Assembly: GCA_045641305.1 (NCBI GenBank)
Contig: JAZUGS010000013.1
Coordinates: forward strand, 421-64,420
Direction: 5' to 3'
Length of the DNA stretch: 64,000 bases
Source of the DNA: Candidatus Nanosyncoccus sp.
GTDB lineage: Bacteria; Patescibacteriota; Saccharimonadia; Saccharimonadales; Saccharimonadaceae
The notes below the pieces were generated by a model that saw nothing but the letters and a program-made list of their open reading frames with translations, was not told the origin of the DNA and ran no database searches. How positions within the stretch are numbered: position 1 is the first letter of the stretch; each line of letters begins with the position of its first letter. Below, piece after piece: positions 9,396-18,575 of the stretch. Both the position numbers and the translations under genes were made by a program.

Positions 9396-9944
9396 TTATT
9401 TTCTAGGTGCAGGAGCGCTCGAGATAATCTCGTCAAGGACTTTTTCAACATTCATGCCAGTTTTAGCGGAAACACCAATAATATCTTCTTTCTTACAGCC
9501 AAGGAGATTGATGATTTCGGCAGAGACTTTTTCGACGTCAGCAGCAGGGAGATCAACTTTATTGATAACTGGGATAATCGTAAGATCCTGTTCAATCGCA
9601 AGATAAACATTTGCAAGCGTCTGCGCCTGCACACCCTGAGTAGCATCAACCACAAGGATTGCAGTTTCAACGGCCTGGAGGGAACGTGAAACTTCATAAG
9701 AGAAATCTACATGGCCTGGCGTATCGATGAGGTTAAGCGTATAGCCTTTCCAGTGCATCGTGACAGGCGCCAGTTTAATTGTGATTCCTTTTTCGCGTTC
9801 AAGCTCCATGGAATCGAGAAGCTGCGATTTCATTTCGCGCTTCTCGACCGTACCCGTAAGCTCCATCATGCGATCGGCCAGGGTAGATTTACCGTGGTCG
9901 ATGTGAGCAATGATGCAGAAATTGCGGATTTTATCAGTATTCAT
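9396..9944 (-). CDS. lepA: Elongation factor 4 (LepA), N-terminal GTPase domain
   Basis: [26 protein letters not shown]-like [15 protein letters not shown] and NKVD motifs; stops after the G domain. Confidence 0.95.
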   Translation of the reverse strand: MNTDKIRNFCIIAHIDHGKSTLADRMMELTGTVEKREMKSQLLDSMELEREKGITIKLAPVTMHWKGYTLNLIDTPGHVDFSYEVSRSLQAVETAILVVDATQGVQAQTLANVYLAIEQDLTIIPVINKVDLPAADVEKVSAEIINLLGCKKEDIIGVSAKTGMNVEKVLDEIISSAPAPRK

Positions 9945-9946
9945 TT

Positions 9947-12121
9947 TTAGTCCAAATTACGCATTGTGAGGGATAAGCGACCCTTGTCATCAATAGCGAC
10001 GAGGCGAACGCGAATTTTATCACCTTCGTGGAGTGCATCGGTGACTTTCTCAAGACGTTTGTCGCTGATTTGAGAGATATGAAGCATGCCGTCGATGCCT
10101 GGCATAATGTTAACGAAAGCGCCAAAATCTTTAATTGTGACAACTGTTCCTTCGTAAATTTTGCCGACTTCTGGTTCCTCGGTGAGAGATTTAACCCAAT
10201 CAAGAGCTTTTTTGATCTTTTCTGGATCGTTGCCAGCAATAGTAACAAGACCCGAGTCATCGATATCGACCGTGGCACCAGTTTCGGTAGTAATTTTATT
10301 GATCATTTCACCACCTTTACCAATTACGGCACCGATTTTTTCAGGCTTAATCATGATCTTCTCAATGCGAGGTGCATAAGGGCTGAGCTCTTTCTTTGGC
10401 TCTGAGATTACAGAAAGCATGTGCTCCAAGATGAACATGCGTCCATCGTGAGATTGCTTGATGGCTTTTTCCATAATTTCAACTGGGAGGCCGTGAACCT
10501 TCATATCCATTTGAAGTGCAGTAATACCCTCTGTAGTACCAGTAACTTTGAAATCCATATCGCCCGCAAAATCTTCGGCGTCCATGAGATCGGTGAGGAC
10601 GTAGGCTTTATCGATATCGTCAGCAGTAATTTCCTGCCCCTTAGGCACATCCACCATAAGGCCTATAGCTACACCAGAAACCGGGCGCTTTAACGGCACA
10701 CCAGCGTCCATCAAGGCCATACAGCTTGAGCAGGTTGCCGCCATCGAAGTTGAGCCGTTCTGCGACATAATCTCGGTGACAGAGCGGATTGCATATGGAA
10801 AATCTTCCTCGGATGGCAAAACTGGTATAAGCGCACGTTCAGCAAGATAGCCATGGCCAATCTCACGACGTCCTGGAGAGCCGATGCGGCCTGGTTCGCC
10901 AACCGTATAAGATGGAGCATTATAGTGATGCATATAGCGACGTTTGCCATCTGTGACTTCCATCGTGTCAAGCTCTTGCGCAAAGGAAAGGGGTGCCAAT
11001 GTCACGATATTCATAGCTTGAGTAACACCACGAGTAAACAATGAAGACCCGTGCGTGCGTGGCAAAATGCCAGTTTGTGAGCTAAGTGGGCGGACTTCGT
11101 CTAATTTGCGGCCGTCTGGGCGGACACCCTCTTCGACGATACCACGACGAACTTCATGATGAACGGCAAGCTCAAAAGCTTGATCATAGACGTCGCGCAA
11201 GTTTTGGTCATACCATTCAACTTTTTCGTTGTCGGTTTCACCTTCACCGTGTTTCAAAGCCATCTCATCATGCATGGCATATTTAATTTCGTCAAGAATT
11301 TGCGCACGCTCCATGACATTGCCACGAACTTTGGAGCCAAATTTACCATTTGTCCACTCCTCAACTTCCGTTTGAATTGCTTCATCTGGGAGAACTAGCT
11401 CGTATTCTTGTTTTTTCGCATCAACTTGTTTGGCTAATTCACGTTGCAAATCAAGAACTGGTTTAACATTTTCAACTGCCCAATGCATGGCTTCGATAAT
11501 AGTATCTTCTGGAACTTCCTTAGCACCAGCTTCAACCATCATGACTTTACCATCTTTACAAGCAACGACAAGGTTGAGTGGAGATTTTTCGCGTTCTTCT
11601 GGATTCAAAAATGCTTTAAATTCGCCACCAAGACGGCCAATACGAAGCCCGGCAACTGGACCATCAAATGGCACGCCAGCATTCATAAGCGCAGCCGAAG
11701 CGGCAAGCATTGCTACGCAGTCTGGACGAAAACTTGGATCCATCGAAAGGACGGTGGTAACTACTTGTACTTCCTGACGATAGCCTTTTGGGAAAAGTGG
11801 GCGAATTGGGCGATCAATAAGACGACCAACAAGAACTGCTTCGTCGGCAGGCTTGCCTTCGCGCTTGATAAATTTGCTACCACTGATTTTGCCAGCAGCA
11901 TAAAACTTCTCTTCGTAATCGATTGAGAGTGGGAAGAAATCTTGCACAACAGGCTTTGTTCCTACAACGACCGAGCCAAGAATAACGGTATCGCCATAGG
12001 TAACGAGTACTGAGCTAGTGGTGCGAAAACCAACGCGGTTAACCTCGAGGGTCAACGTGCGGCCGAGCCATTCGGTAGAAACCTGCAGGGTTTTCTTACC
12101 GTTAGGGTTAATAATATCCAT
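9947..12121 (-). CDS. pnp: Polyribonucleotide nucleotidyltransferase
   Basis: [25 protein letters not shown] and GDMDFKVTG motifs, plus KH and S1 domains. Confidence 0.97.
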   Translation of the reverse strand: MDIINPNGKKTLQVSTEWLGRTLTLEVNRVGFRTTSSVLVTYGDTVILGSVVVGTKPVVQDFFPLSIDYEEKFYAAGKISGSKFIKREGKPADEAVLVGRLIDRPIRPLFPKGYRQEVQVVTTVLSMDPSFRPDCVAMLAASAALMNAGVPFDGPVAGLRIGRLGGEFKAFLNPEEREKSPLNLVVACKDGKVMMVEAGAKEVPEDTIIEAMHWAVENVKPVLDLQRELAKQVDAKKQEYELVLPDEAIQTEVEEWTNGKFGSKVRGNVMERAQILDEIKYAMHDEMALKHGEGETDNEKVEWYDQNLRDVYDQAFELAVHHEVRRGIVEEGVRPDGRKLDEVRPLSSQTGILPRTHGSSLFTRGVTQAMNIVTLAPLSFAQELDTMEVTDGKRRYMHHYNAPSYTVGEPGRIGSPGRREIGHGYLAERALIPVLPSEEDFPYAIRSVTEIMSQNGSTSMAATCSSCMALMDAGVPLKRPVSGVAIGLMVDVPKGQEITADDIDKAYVLTDLMDAEDFAGDMDFKVTGTTEGITALQMDMKVHGLPVEIMEKAIKQSHDGRMFILEHMLSVISEPKKELSPYAPRIEKIMIKPEKIGAVIGKGGEMINKITTETGATVDIDDSGLVTIAGNDPEKIKKALDWVKSLTEEPEVGKIYEGTVVTIKDFGAFVNIMPGIDGMLHISQISDKRLEKVTDALHEGDKIRVRLVAIDDKGRLSLTMRNLD

Positions 12122-12129
12122 GAAAAATG

Positions 12130-12200
12130 TTCCTTTCCTCAGGAAAACCTCAGATATAAGCCCGCCTCTTGTATCTGCCGTCTTCCCGATGGTTAATTAC
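12130..12200 (-). promoter_or_regulatory. Long stem-loop in the pnp 5' leader
   Basis: CAGATACAAG/CTTATATCTG stem extended by outer pairing. RNase III-type autoregulation is known for pnp leaders elsewhere and is inferred here. Confidence 0.4.
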
Positions 12201-12297
12201 TACTATTATTATATCTTTTATTGACTTTTTCGTCAAAGTGTGCTATAATTAAAGGACAAATCGTTATTTTCATGTCGATACGGGGAGGGTATCAAGA

Positions 12298-12906
12298 GTG
12301 AGTAAAGAACTTTATAAAAGACTAATCGTTCAATATGAGAACGCCATGAATACTGTAATGGCACAACTGCAAAATATGCAGCACGAGCTCTCAGAAAGCG
12401 ACGCTATTCGTAATCCCATAGACAGTTTTAAACCTAGAATTAAAACTTACGAGTCTTTGACTGATAAATGTATCCGTCGTGGGATTGACCCGAATGATAT
12501 TCGCCGAATAAGAAGTGAGATTCGCGACATCGCGGGCATCCGCGTCCTTTGCGTCTATCGAGACGATATCGATCGAATCGAAGAGATGATTGGTAAAATG
12601 CCCGGCCTCTGGATAAAGGAAACAAAGGATTACGTAACGAATCCAAAGGAGAACGGATACCAGAGTAAACATTTGATTGCTTATGTAGAAGTAAGCTCTC
12701 TGACGGAAGGACAGCTCAAGGTGCCAGTGGAAATTCAGATTAGAACCCTAATGATGCAGGCTTGGTCACAGGTTGAGCATCGCAGTAAATACAAGGCAAA
12801 AAATCCGAATCCCGAAACACCAGCAAAATTGCTGAAAGTGGCAGAGTTACTGCACGAAGTCGACGATATCTTCGTCGAAATTAGGTTGCAAGATGGCGAA
12901 GGATGA
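12298..12906 (+). CDS. Small alarmone synthetase (RelA/SpoT synthetase domain)
   Basis: RIKTYESL, DIAGIRVL, KENGYQSKH and EIQIRTLMMQAW motifs. Confidence 0.9.
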   Translation: MSKELYKRLIVQYENAMNTVMAQLQNMQHELSESDAIRNPIDSFKPRIKTYESLTDKCIRRGIDPNDIRRIRSEIRDIAGIRVLCVYRDDIDRIEEMIGKMPGLWIKETKDYVTNPKENGYQSKHLIAYVEVSSLTEGQLKVPVEIQIRTLMMQAWSQVEHRSKYKAKNPNPETPAKLLKVAELLHEVDDIFVEIRLQDGEG

Positions 12907-12965
12907 AGGTTTTAACCTTCTTTCGCCTGTCCCCCTCACGGACCCCTTCCCGTGAGGGTTCACCA

Positions 12966-13004
12966 TAAAACCCCCGGCTTAAAAACCGGGGGTTGTCTTT
13001 TTTT
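12966..13004. terminator. Bidirectional intrinsic terminator between the SAS gene and rpsO
   Basis: AAAACCCCCGG-loop-CCGGGGGTT followed by a T-rich tail, between convergent genes. Confidence 0.7.
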
Positions 13005-13016
13005 AATTTAGACGTA

Positions 13017-13283
13017 CTATTTGCGTAAGCCAAGTTTGGCAACAGTCTTTTTATAAAGCTCGAAATCGGTGGTCTCGAGATATTTGAGGAGCTTTTTGCG
13101 CTTCCCAACCATCTGCATTAAACCTCTTTTAGCCATAAAGTCATCTCTGTTATTCTTGACGTGCTCCGTAACTTCTTTGATACGTTCGGTCAAGATAGAA
13201 ACTTGAACTTCAGGAGAACCGACGTCGGCCTTTGAACGCGCGACCTTGGCAATAGCTTTGTCTTTATTCTCTTTTGTTATCAT
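13017..13283 (-). CDS. rpsO: 30S ribosomal protein S15
   Basis: DVGSPEVQVSILT, RGLMQMVGKRKKLLKYL and LGLRK. Confidence 0.97.
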   Translation of the reverse strand: MITKENKDKAIAKVARSKADVGSPEVQVSILTERIKEVTEHVKNNRDDFMAKRGLMQMVGKRKKLLKYLETTDFELYKKTVAKLGLRK

Positions 13284-13296
13284 AGGGGTAATTATA

Positions 13297-14094
13297 TCAC
13301 TTTACACCAAAATCTTCAAGAGTTTTTGCGTCTTCTACCTTATAATCCGCAATTTCAGTACGACGAAGTGCCGTGAGATAGGCTCCAGTGCCGAGTTTTT
13401 TGCCAATATCTTCGGCAAGTGTACGAATATAAGTACCACTTGAAACATGAGTTTTGATTTTGAGATACGGATAATTGTATTCGAGAATATCAATAGAATA
13501 AATTTTAACTTTACGAACTGGCGTCTCAAAAGATTTGCCGGCACGTGCTAGTTTATAAGCACGCTGGCCATCGATTTTAACAGCGGAAAAGGCGGGGACA
13601 CGTTGGGAGATTTCACCTACCATGGACGAGATTACTGCTTGCAGGAGACGCTCGCTCGGTCCCGTAGGCCTTCGGCCTTCCGCGTCCCAAGGGGCGGTCG
13701 TTACGGGCCTCGCTTCGCTTAAACCGCTCCCCGTTGGTCGCGGACACTCCTGAAAGTCAGTAATCTCGTCCCCGCAAAGATTTCGGGACATGGTTTCAAG
13801 AGATTGAACTTGCACTTCAGTAATCTCGCCCTCGGGGTCGCCGGTGGTGGAAGTATAACCAAGCTTCAATGTAGCTTCGTAAGTTTTGTCAAAATGAAGG
13901 AATTCGTCGGATTTTTTGGTCATTTTACCAGTAAGCAAGATAAGCAGACCGGTGGCAAATGGGTCGAGGGTCCCCGTATGACCTACTTTAACCTTTTTCC
14001 CTGCTTTTTCGGACAAGACACGGCGAATACGAGCCACAACACCAAAAGAGCTCATGTCAGCGGGTTTATCAATCAATAAAATCTCATTTTCCAT
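13297..14094 (-). CDS. truB: tRNA pseudouridine(55) synthase TruB with an internal insertion of about 50 aa
   Basis: KVGHTGTLDPFATGLL, SAVKIDGQRAYKLAR and SSGTYIRTL motifs. Confidence 0.95.
   Translation of the reverse strand: MENEILLIDKPADMSSFGVVARIRRVLSEKAGKKVKVGHTGTLDPFATGLLILLTGKMTKKSDEFLHFDKTYEATLKLGYTSTTGDPEGEITEVQVQSLETMSRNLCGDEITDFQECPRPTGSGLSEARPVTTAPWDAEGRRPTGPSERLLQAVISSMVGEISQRVPAFSAVKIDGQRAYKLARAGKSFETPVRKVKIYSIDILEYNYPYLKIKTHVSSGTYIRTLAEDIGKKLGTGAYLTALRRTEIADYKVEDAKTLEDFGVK
13624..13771. repeat. GC-rich palindromic element inserted in frame in truB
   Basis: Bounded by a 14-bp inverted repeat, GGACGAGATTACTG (13624-13637) and CAGTAATCTCGTCC (13758-13771), with internal small hairpins such as GGCCTTCGGCC. 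Confidence 0.7.
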
Positions 14095-14127
14095 GCCCCT
14101 TATTATAACATATGATATAATAAGGTT

Positions 14128-14739
14128 ATGTTAGTCTATGGCTCACGTCTTAAAAATATGCCAATTATTGGTTTTCAGGAAAGCGAAGTTTTGGGTTGGG
14201 TCAAGGATTTTATAATAGATCCAGACACTTTAAAAATTCTCGGATTCAAGGCGTATGGCAGATTGGTCGGGCAACGTGATGAAAATATTTTAGATATTAA
14301 AAGTATTCGTGAGTATTCGCCGCTAGGCATCGTAGTTGATTCACTAGATGAAATGGTAGCGAAAGACGACGTAGTAAAAATCGCTAAAGTTTTAGATTTA
14401 GGGTTTGCTCTTGACGGATTGAGGGCGGAAACCAAAAAAGGCACGAAGCTAGGCAAAGTAATTGATTTTTCTTGCACAACTGAAGATTTCGTGGTGCAAC
14501 AAATCGTAGTGAAACGCCCGGTAGTAAAAGCATTTTTAGATCCCGAGTTAATTATTCCACGAAAAGAAGTCGTAGAAATTACTGATTACAAAATTATTAT
14601 TAAGGACGAAGAAAAAACCATTAAAAAGAAAGCCGAAACTACTGAATTTGTGCCAAATTTTGTTAATCCGTTTCGGAAGTCTGAACCAGATTACGCGCCA
14701 GCTCAAAGTCAAAACCCTGACGGACAAGATACTGAATAA
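14128..14739 (+). CDS. PRC-barrel domain protein
   Basis: Two repeats of the pattern LGxVxDFxxDxxxxxI; leaderless promoter. Confidence 0.7.
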   Translation: MLVYGSRLKNMPIIGFQESEVLGWVKDFIIDPDTLKILGFKAYGRLVGQRDENILDIKSIREYSPLGIVVDSLDEMVAKDDVVKIAKVLDLGFALDGLRAETKKGTKLGKVIDFSCTTEDFVVQQIVVKRPVVKAFLDPELIIPRKEVVEITDYKIIIKDEEKTIKKKAETTEFVPNFVNPFRKSEPDYAPAQSQNPDGQDTE

Positions 14740-15286
14740 GCTTTACATCGTCATATTTGTTGCGTTTTTTTGCGATAACTTTTTTAATTTCTTCTTCGTC
14801 GTTACGCAGGTTGCTTGATAGGACTTGTTCGATAATAGCACTAGATACACCTTTCTTCATAAGTTCCATCTTGAGGCGTTTTTTACTAATTCCCTTTTTG
14901 GTAAAACGATTTTCGGCGTAGTACTTGGCAAAGGCATAGTCGTTGAGATAGTGCTTTTTCGTAAGAGTTTCTAGAATGTCTGAAATAGTTGAATCATTTT
15001 CTTTCAGCTTTCTCAATAAATAATCATGCGTTTCTCTAACTGAGCGAGGGCGCACCAAAACCCATTCTAGGGCACGTTGATAAAGTTTACCAAATGCAGA
15101 TGCTTGCTGGTATTCAGCAAGCTCCGCTTCGGTGATTTCTTGTCCTATTTTAAGCTTAAAATCTACTAGCTGAGCAATATCCAACGAAAATGAATATTTA
15201 CCGTCAATAAAAATGTTGGCACGATTTTGGTTTTTGACGCCTTGCTTGATATCGGTAATCCGTAATTTTTTATTGATAATTTCCAT
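14663..15286 (-). CDS. recX: Regulatory protein RecX
   Basis: Lies downstream of recA; RPRSVRE, YLNDYAFAKYY, LMKKGV and YLVRQGF motifs. Confidence 0.9.
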   Translation of the reverse strand: MEIINKKLRITDIKQGVKNQNRANIFIDGKYSFSLDIAQLVDFKLKIGQEITEAELAEYQQASAFGKLYQRALEWVLVRPRSVRETHDYLLRKLKENDSTISDILETLTKKHYLNDYAFAKYYAENRFTKKGISKKRLKMELMKKGVSSAIIEQVLSSNLRNDEEEIKKVIAKKRNKYDDVKLIQYLVRQGFDFELARNLVQTSETD

Positions 15287-16311
15287 TAATCTTCGGCAGC
15301 AGCTTTTTCGCGAACTTTAGCTTCAATTTCGGCCATTAATTCTGGTTTTTCTTTGAAAAGTTTTTTCACGGCTTCACGACCTTGACCAATAGTCTGACCA
15401 TTGTACTTGATGAAAGCGCCGGCTTTTTCGAGAATATTGTTTTGAACGGCGAGGTCTAAAATGTCACCAGTCTTTGAGATACCTTCATTATACATAATGT
15501 CGAATTCAGCCGTGCGGAATGGCGCAGCGATTTTGTTTTTAACGACTTTAACTTTGGTACGGTTGCCAGAGATATTATCGCCATCTTTAATCTGGCCGAT
15601 ACGACGAATATCGAGACGAACAGAAGCATAGAACTTGAGAGCATTACCACCTGTTGTGGTTTCTGGATTACCAAACATGACACCAATTTTCATACGAATT
15701 TGGTTAATGAAGATAACCGTCGCTTTGGATTTACTAATAATACCCGTGAGCTTGCGCATGGCTTGAGACATAAGACGTGCCTGAAGGCCCATTTGGGAGT
15801 CGCCCATATCACCATCAATTTCGGCCTGAGGAACTAGGGCCGCTACAGAGTCAACTACGATAAGATCAACTGCGTTGGAACGTACGAGAGTTTCACAAAT
15901 TTCAAGTGCCTGCTCACCATTGTCTGGCTGAGAGATGAAGAGGTTGGCGGTATCAACGCCAATTTTCTTAGCGTAAGCCGGATCGAGGGCATGCTCGGCA
16001 TCAATAAATGCTGCTTGACCGCCTTGCTTTTGAATTTCAGCAATCGCGTGAAGCGCCAGAGTTGTTTTACCCGAAGATTCTGGACCGTAGATTTCAATAA
16101 TGCGACCTTTAGGATAGCCACCACCGAGCGCCAAGTCCAACGAGAGTGAGCCGGACGGCAAAAGTTCTACATCCATTTTGGGATTTTCACCCAACTTCAT
16201 GATTGCACCTTCACCAAATTGTTTGGTGATTTGGGAAATCGCTAGCTTTAGAGCCTCGGATTTGCCGTCATTTTTAGTATTATCGTCCACCGCTTCTGAT
16301 TTTTTTGCCAT
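15286..16311 (-). CDS. recA: Recombinase RecA
   Basis: [26 protein letters not shown] and [10 protein letters not shown] motifs. Confidence 0.98.
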   Translation of the reverse strand: MAKKSEAVDDNTKNDGKSEALKLAISQITKQFGEGAIMKLGENPKMDVELLPSGSLSLDLALGGGYPKGRIIEIYGPESSGKTTLALHAIAEIQKQGGQAAFIDAEHALDPAYAKKIGVDTANLFISQPDNGEQALEICETLVRSNAVDLIVVDSVAALVPQAEIDGDMGDSQMGLQARLMSQAMRKLTGIISKSKATVIFINQIRMKIGVMFGNPETTTGGNALKFYASVRLDIRRIGQIKDGDNISGNRTKVKVVKNKIAAPFRTAEFDIMYNEGISKTGDILDLAVQNNILEKAGAFIKYNGQTIGQGREAVKKLFKEKPELMAEIEAKVREKAAAED

Positions 16312-16394
16312 AGTATTACCTTTTTTATGATTGATATTATTATACCACATAGCACGCTATTCTTTATAATACAACCCCATGATATAATAATGTA

Positions 16395-17396
16395 ATGAAA
16401 GTCAAAGAGAATGTGCTTATTTCGGAACTTACCACCATGCGAATTGGCGGTGCGGCGCGTTATGTGCTGGAAATTGAAAGGCCTGAAGAAGTTCCAGAGG
16501 CTTACGAATTTGCCAAGTTATATCTTTTGCCAACTTTTGTCCTCGGTGGCGGAGCAAATACGATCGGGCACGACAGCGGTTTTAATGGCGTAATTTTAAT
16601 GAATAAAATGCGCGGAATTACTCTTGATGGCACAAAAATTCGTGCCATGGGTGGCGAAAACTGGGATGATGTAGTAGCATTTGCCTGCGAGCATGAGCTT
16701 ACTGGCATTGAAGCGCTCAGCAAAATTCCTGGAACAATGGGTGCGGCACCAGTACAAAATATTGGTGCATACGGCCAAGAGATTGCAGCGGTGTTTGAAT
16801 CTGCAGAAGTATATGACACCGAAGAAAAAACTTTTAAAACTTTAACAAAAAAAGATATGAATTTTTCATATCGTAAAAGTATCCTGAATACTACAGGGCG
16901 CGGACGCTATTTTGTAATTGCCGTTACGCTTAATTTAAGCGTAGGCAAGATGCGCCGACCATTCTATAAATCGATCGAAAGTTATATCGCCGAACATAAT
17001 GAAACAGATTTTACTCCTATGGGAATTCGAAAAATTGTTTCAGAAATTCGTGCAGATAAATTACCAGATCCGGCGAAATTTGCAAGCGCAGGCAGTTTCT
17101 TTAAGAATGTCTATCTTGACGATATTGAAGCTCGCAAAGCGGAAGGTCAAGGGCTACCAGTGTATCATGGTAAAGATGGAAATAAAATTAATTCAGGTTG
17201 GTTAATAGAGAAAGCAGGGTTTTCTGGTAAAGTTTTGCATGGGATGCGCGTGAATGAAAAAGCGGCATTGGTTTTGATCAACGAAGGTGCCAAAGGATAT
17301 AACGATCTAGCAGCAGCACGCAACGAAATTGTGAACACAATTTACGACAAGTACGGTTATTGGCTAGAACAAGAGCCAGTGGAGATCCCAGAATGA
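16395..17396 (+). CDS. murB: UDP-N-acetylenolpyruvoylglucosamine reductase
   Basis: LGGGAN, IPGTMGAAPVQNIGAYG, FSYRKS, SAGSFFKN and LEQEP motifs. Confidence 0.95.
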   Translation: MKVKENVLISELTTMRIGGAARYVLEIERPEEVPEAYEFAKLYLLPTFVLGGGANTIGHDSGFNGVILMNKMRGITLDGTKIRAMGGENWDDVVAFACEHELTGIEALSKIPGTMGAAPVQNIGAYGQEIAAVFESAEVYDTEEKTFKTLTKKDMNFSYRKSILNTTGRGRYFVIAVTLNLSVGKMRRPFYKSIESYIAEHNETDFTPMGIRKIVSEIRADKLPDPAKFASAGSFFKNVYLDDIEARKAEGQGLPVYHGKDGNKINSGWLIEKAGFSGKVLHGMRVNEKAALVLINEGAKGYNDLAAARNEIVNTIYDKYGYWLEQEPVEIPE

Positions 17397-18187
17397 AAAT
17401 TTTAGACGGAAAAGAACTTGCAGGCTTTATTAAAGAACGACAATATCACGTCGTTTCTGGAATGCACCGCAAACCGAAATTGTTGATTATTCGTGATAGC
17501 GATAATCCCGTAATTACGAAATATGTTGAGCTTAAAAAACGCTACGGTGACGATATTGGCGTAGTAGTAGAAGATTTTTACGCAAGATCGACAGACGAAA
17601 TTCGCGAGAAAGTTTTGGCAGCGAATATCGATACATCAATAGACGGAATAATCATTCAGCTGCCAATTATTGAGCGTGAGAAAACCGATGAATTGACGGG
17701 GCTGATTGCGGCGGAAAAAGATGTGGATGGGCTTAGTGATAATGGCGATTTTGATTCGGCAACCGCCACGGCAATTAATTGGCTACTGGCTGGATACGGG
17801 ATTGAAATGTCGCAGGCGGCAATCGCATTGGTGGGGCGTGGCAAGTTGGTGGGGGCGCCCCTCTACAAAATGTGGACAAATTCAGGATACCACGTAACGA
17901 TGTTCCATAGAGGTGATGACTTGACAAAGCTTAAGGATTTTGATATAATAGTGACAGCGACTGGTAGTCCGCGTTTGATTTTGAATGATTATGTAAAATC
18001 TGGCGCCGTAATAGTGGACGCAGGGACTGCTTCGGAAAATGGGGTTCTAATGGGTGATGTTGATGATACCATAAGAGAGCGGACCGATCTTGCTGCCATT
18101 ACGCCAAAAATTGGCGGCGTGGGACCTTTGACCGTAACCTGCTTGTTCGAGCATGTGATTGAGTCCGCAAAAAGCAAAAGCGCCTAG
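17393..18187 (+). CDS. folD: Bifunctional methylenetetrahydrofolate dehydrogenase/cyclohydrolase
   Basis: ILDGKELA, DGIIIQLP, EKDVDG and TPKIGGVGPLTV motifs. Confidence 0.93.
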   Translation: MKILDGKELAGFIKERQYHVVSGMHRKPKLLIIRDSDNPVITKYVELKKRYGDDIGVVVEDFYARSTDEIREKVLAANIDTSIDGIIIQLPIIEREKTDELTGLIAAEKDVDGLSDNGDFDSATATAINWLLAGYGIEMSQAAIALVGRGKLVGAPLYKMWTNSGYHVTMFHRGDDLTKLKDFDIIVTATGSPRLILNDYVKSGAVIVDAGTASENGVLMGDVDDTIRERTDLAAITPKIGGVGPLTVTCLFEHVIESAKSKSA

Positions 18188-18229
18188 TGGGCGCTTTACT
18201 TTAGAAGGAGGAAGTGATAGAATGTAGAC

Positions 18230-18300
18230 ATGGATGAGCTCTAGAAACTCATCGTTTTGGTTGGTGATTACTGTTCTGTTTGAACAGTAATCTTTTTAAT
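18230..18300 (+). ncRNA. Candidate antisense (antitoxin) sRNA to copy 2 peptide mRNA
   Basis: A TTTACT...TGaTAGAAT promoter at about 18195-18223 is followed by hairpin GATGAG/CTCATC, then terminator ATTACTGTT-loop-AACAGTAAT plus a T tract. Confidence 0.6.
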
Positions 18301-18342
18301 TTTAGGCTTTACTACAAGTTTGAAATGAAATTCAATCTCCAT
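18268..18342 (-). CDS. 24-aa small peptide MEIEFHFKLVVKPKIKKITVQTEQ, candidate type I toxin (copy 2)
   Basis: AAGGAGG SD; promoter TTGCAA-N16-TATTAT at about 18485-18512; paralog of 1248-1322. Confidence 0.7.
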   Translation of the reverse strand: MEIEFHFKLVVKPKIKKITVQTEQ

Positions 18343-18575
18343 AGCATCCTCCTTAGTTTTTGTTTTTATCTAACTAAACTTTGGGGGACTTCACCCAACT
18401 TATCTAGAATTGTCACGATTTATAAATCCCCCTCACACGAAGGATCTATAATGTTCGAAAATTAAAAATCTCCAACCCGATGTCTATAATACATAGATTG
18501 TGTAGTTTTGCAACCCCGTGAGAAAATTTTGTGAAAGATAGGGAAATTTTAAGCCTAGGCGGGATGAATAAACTA

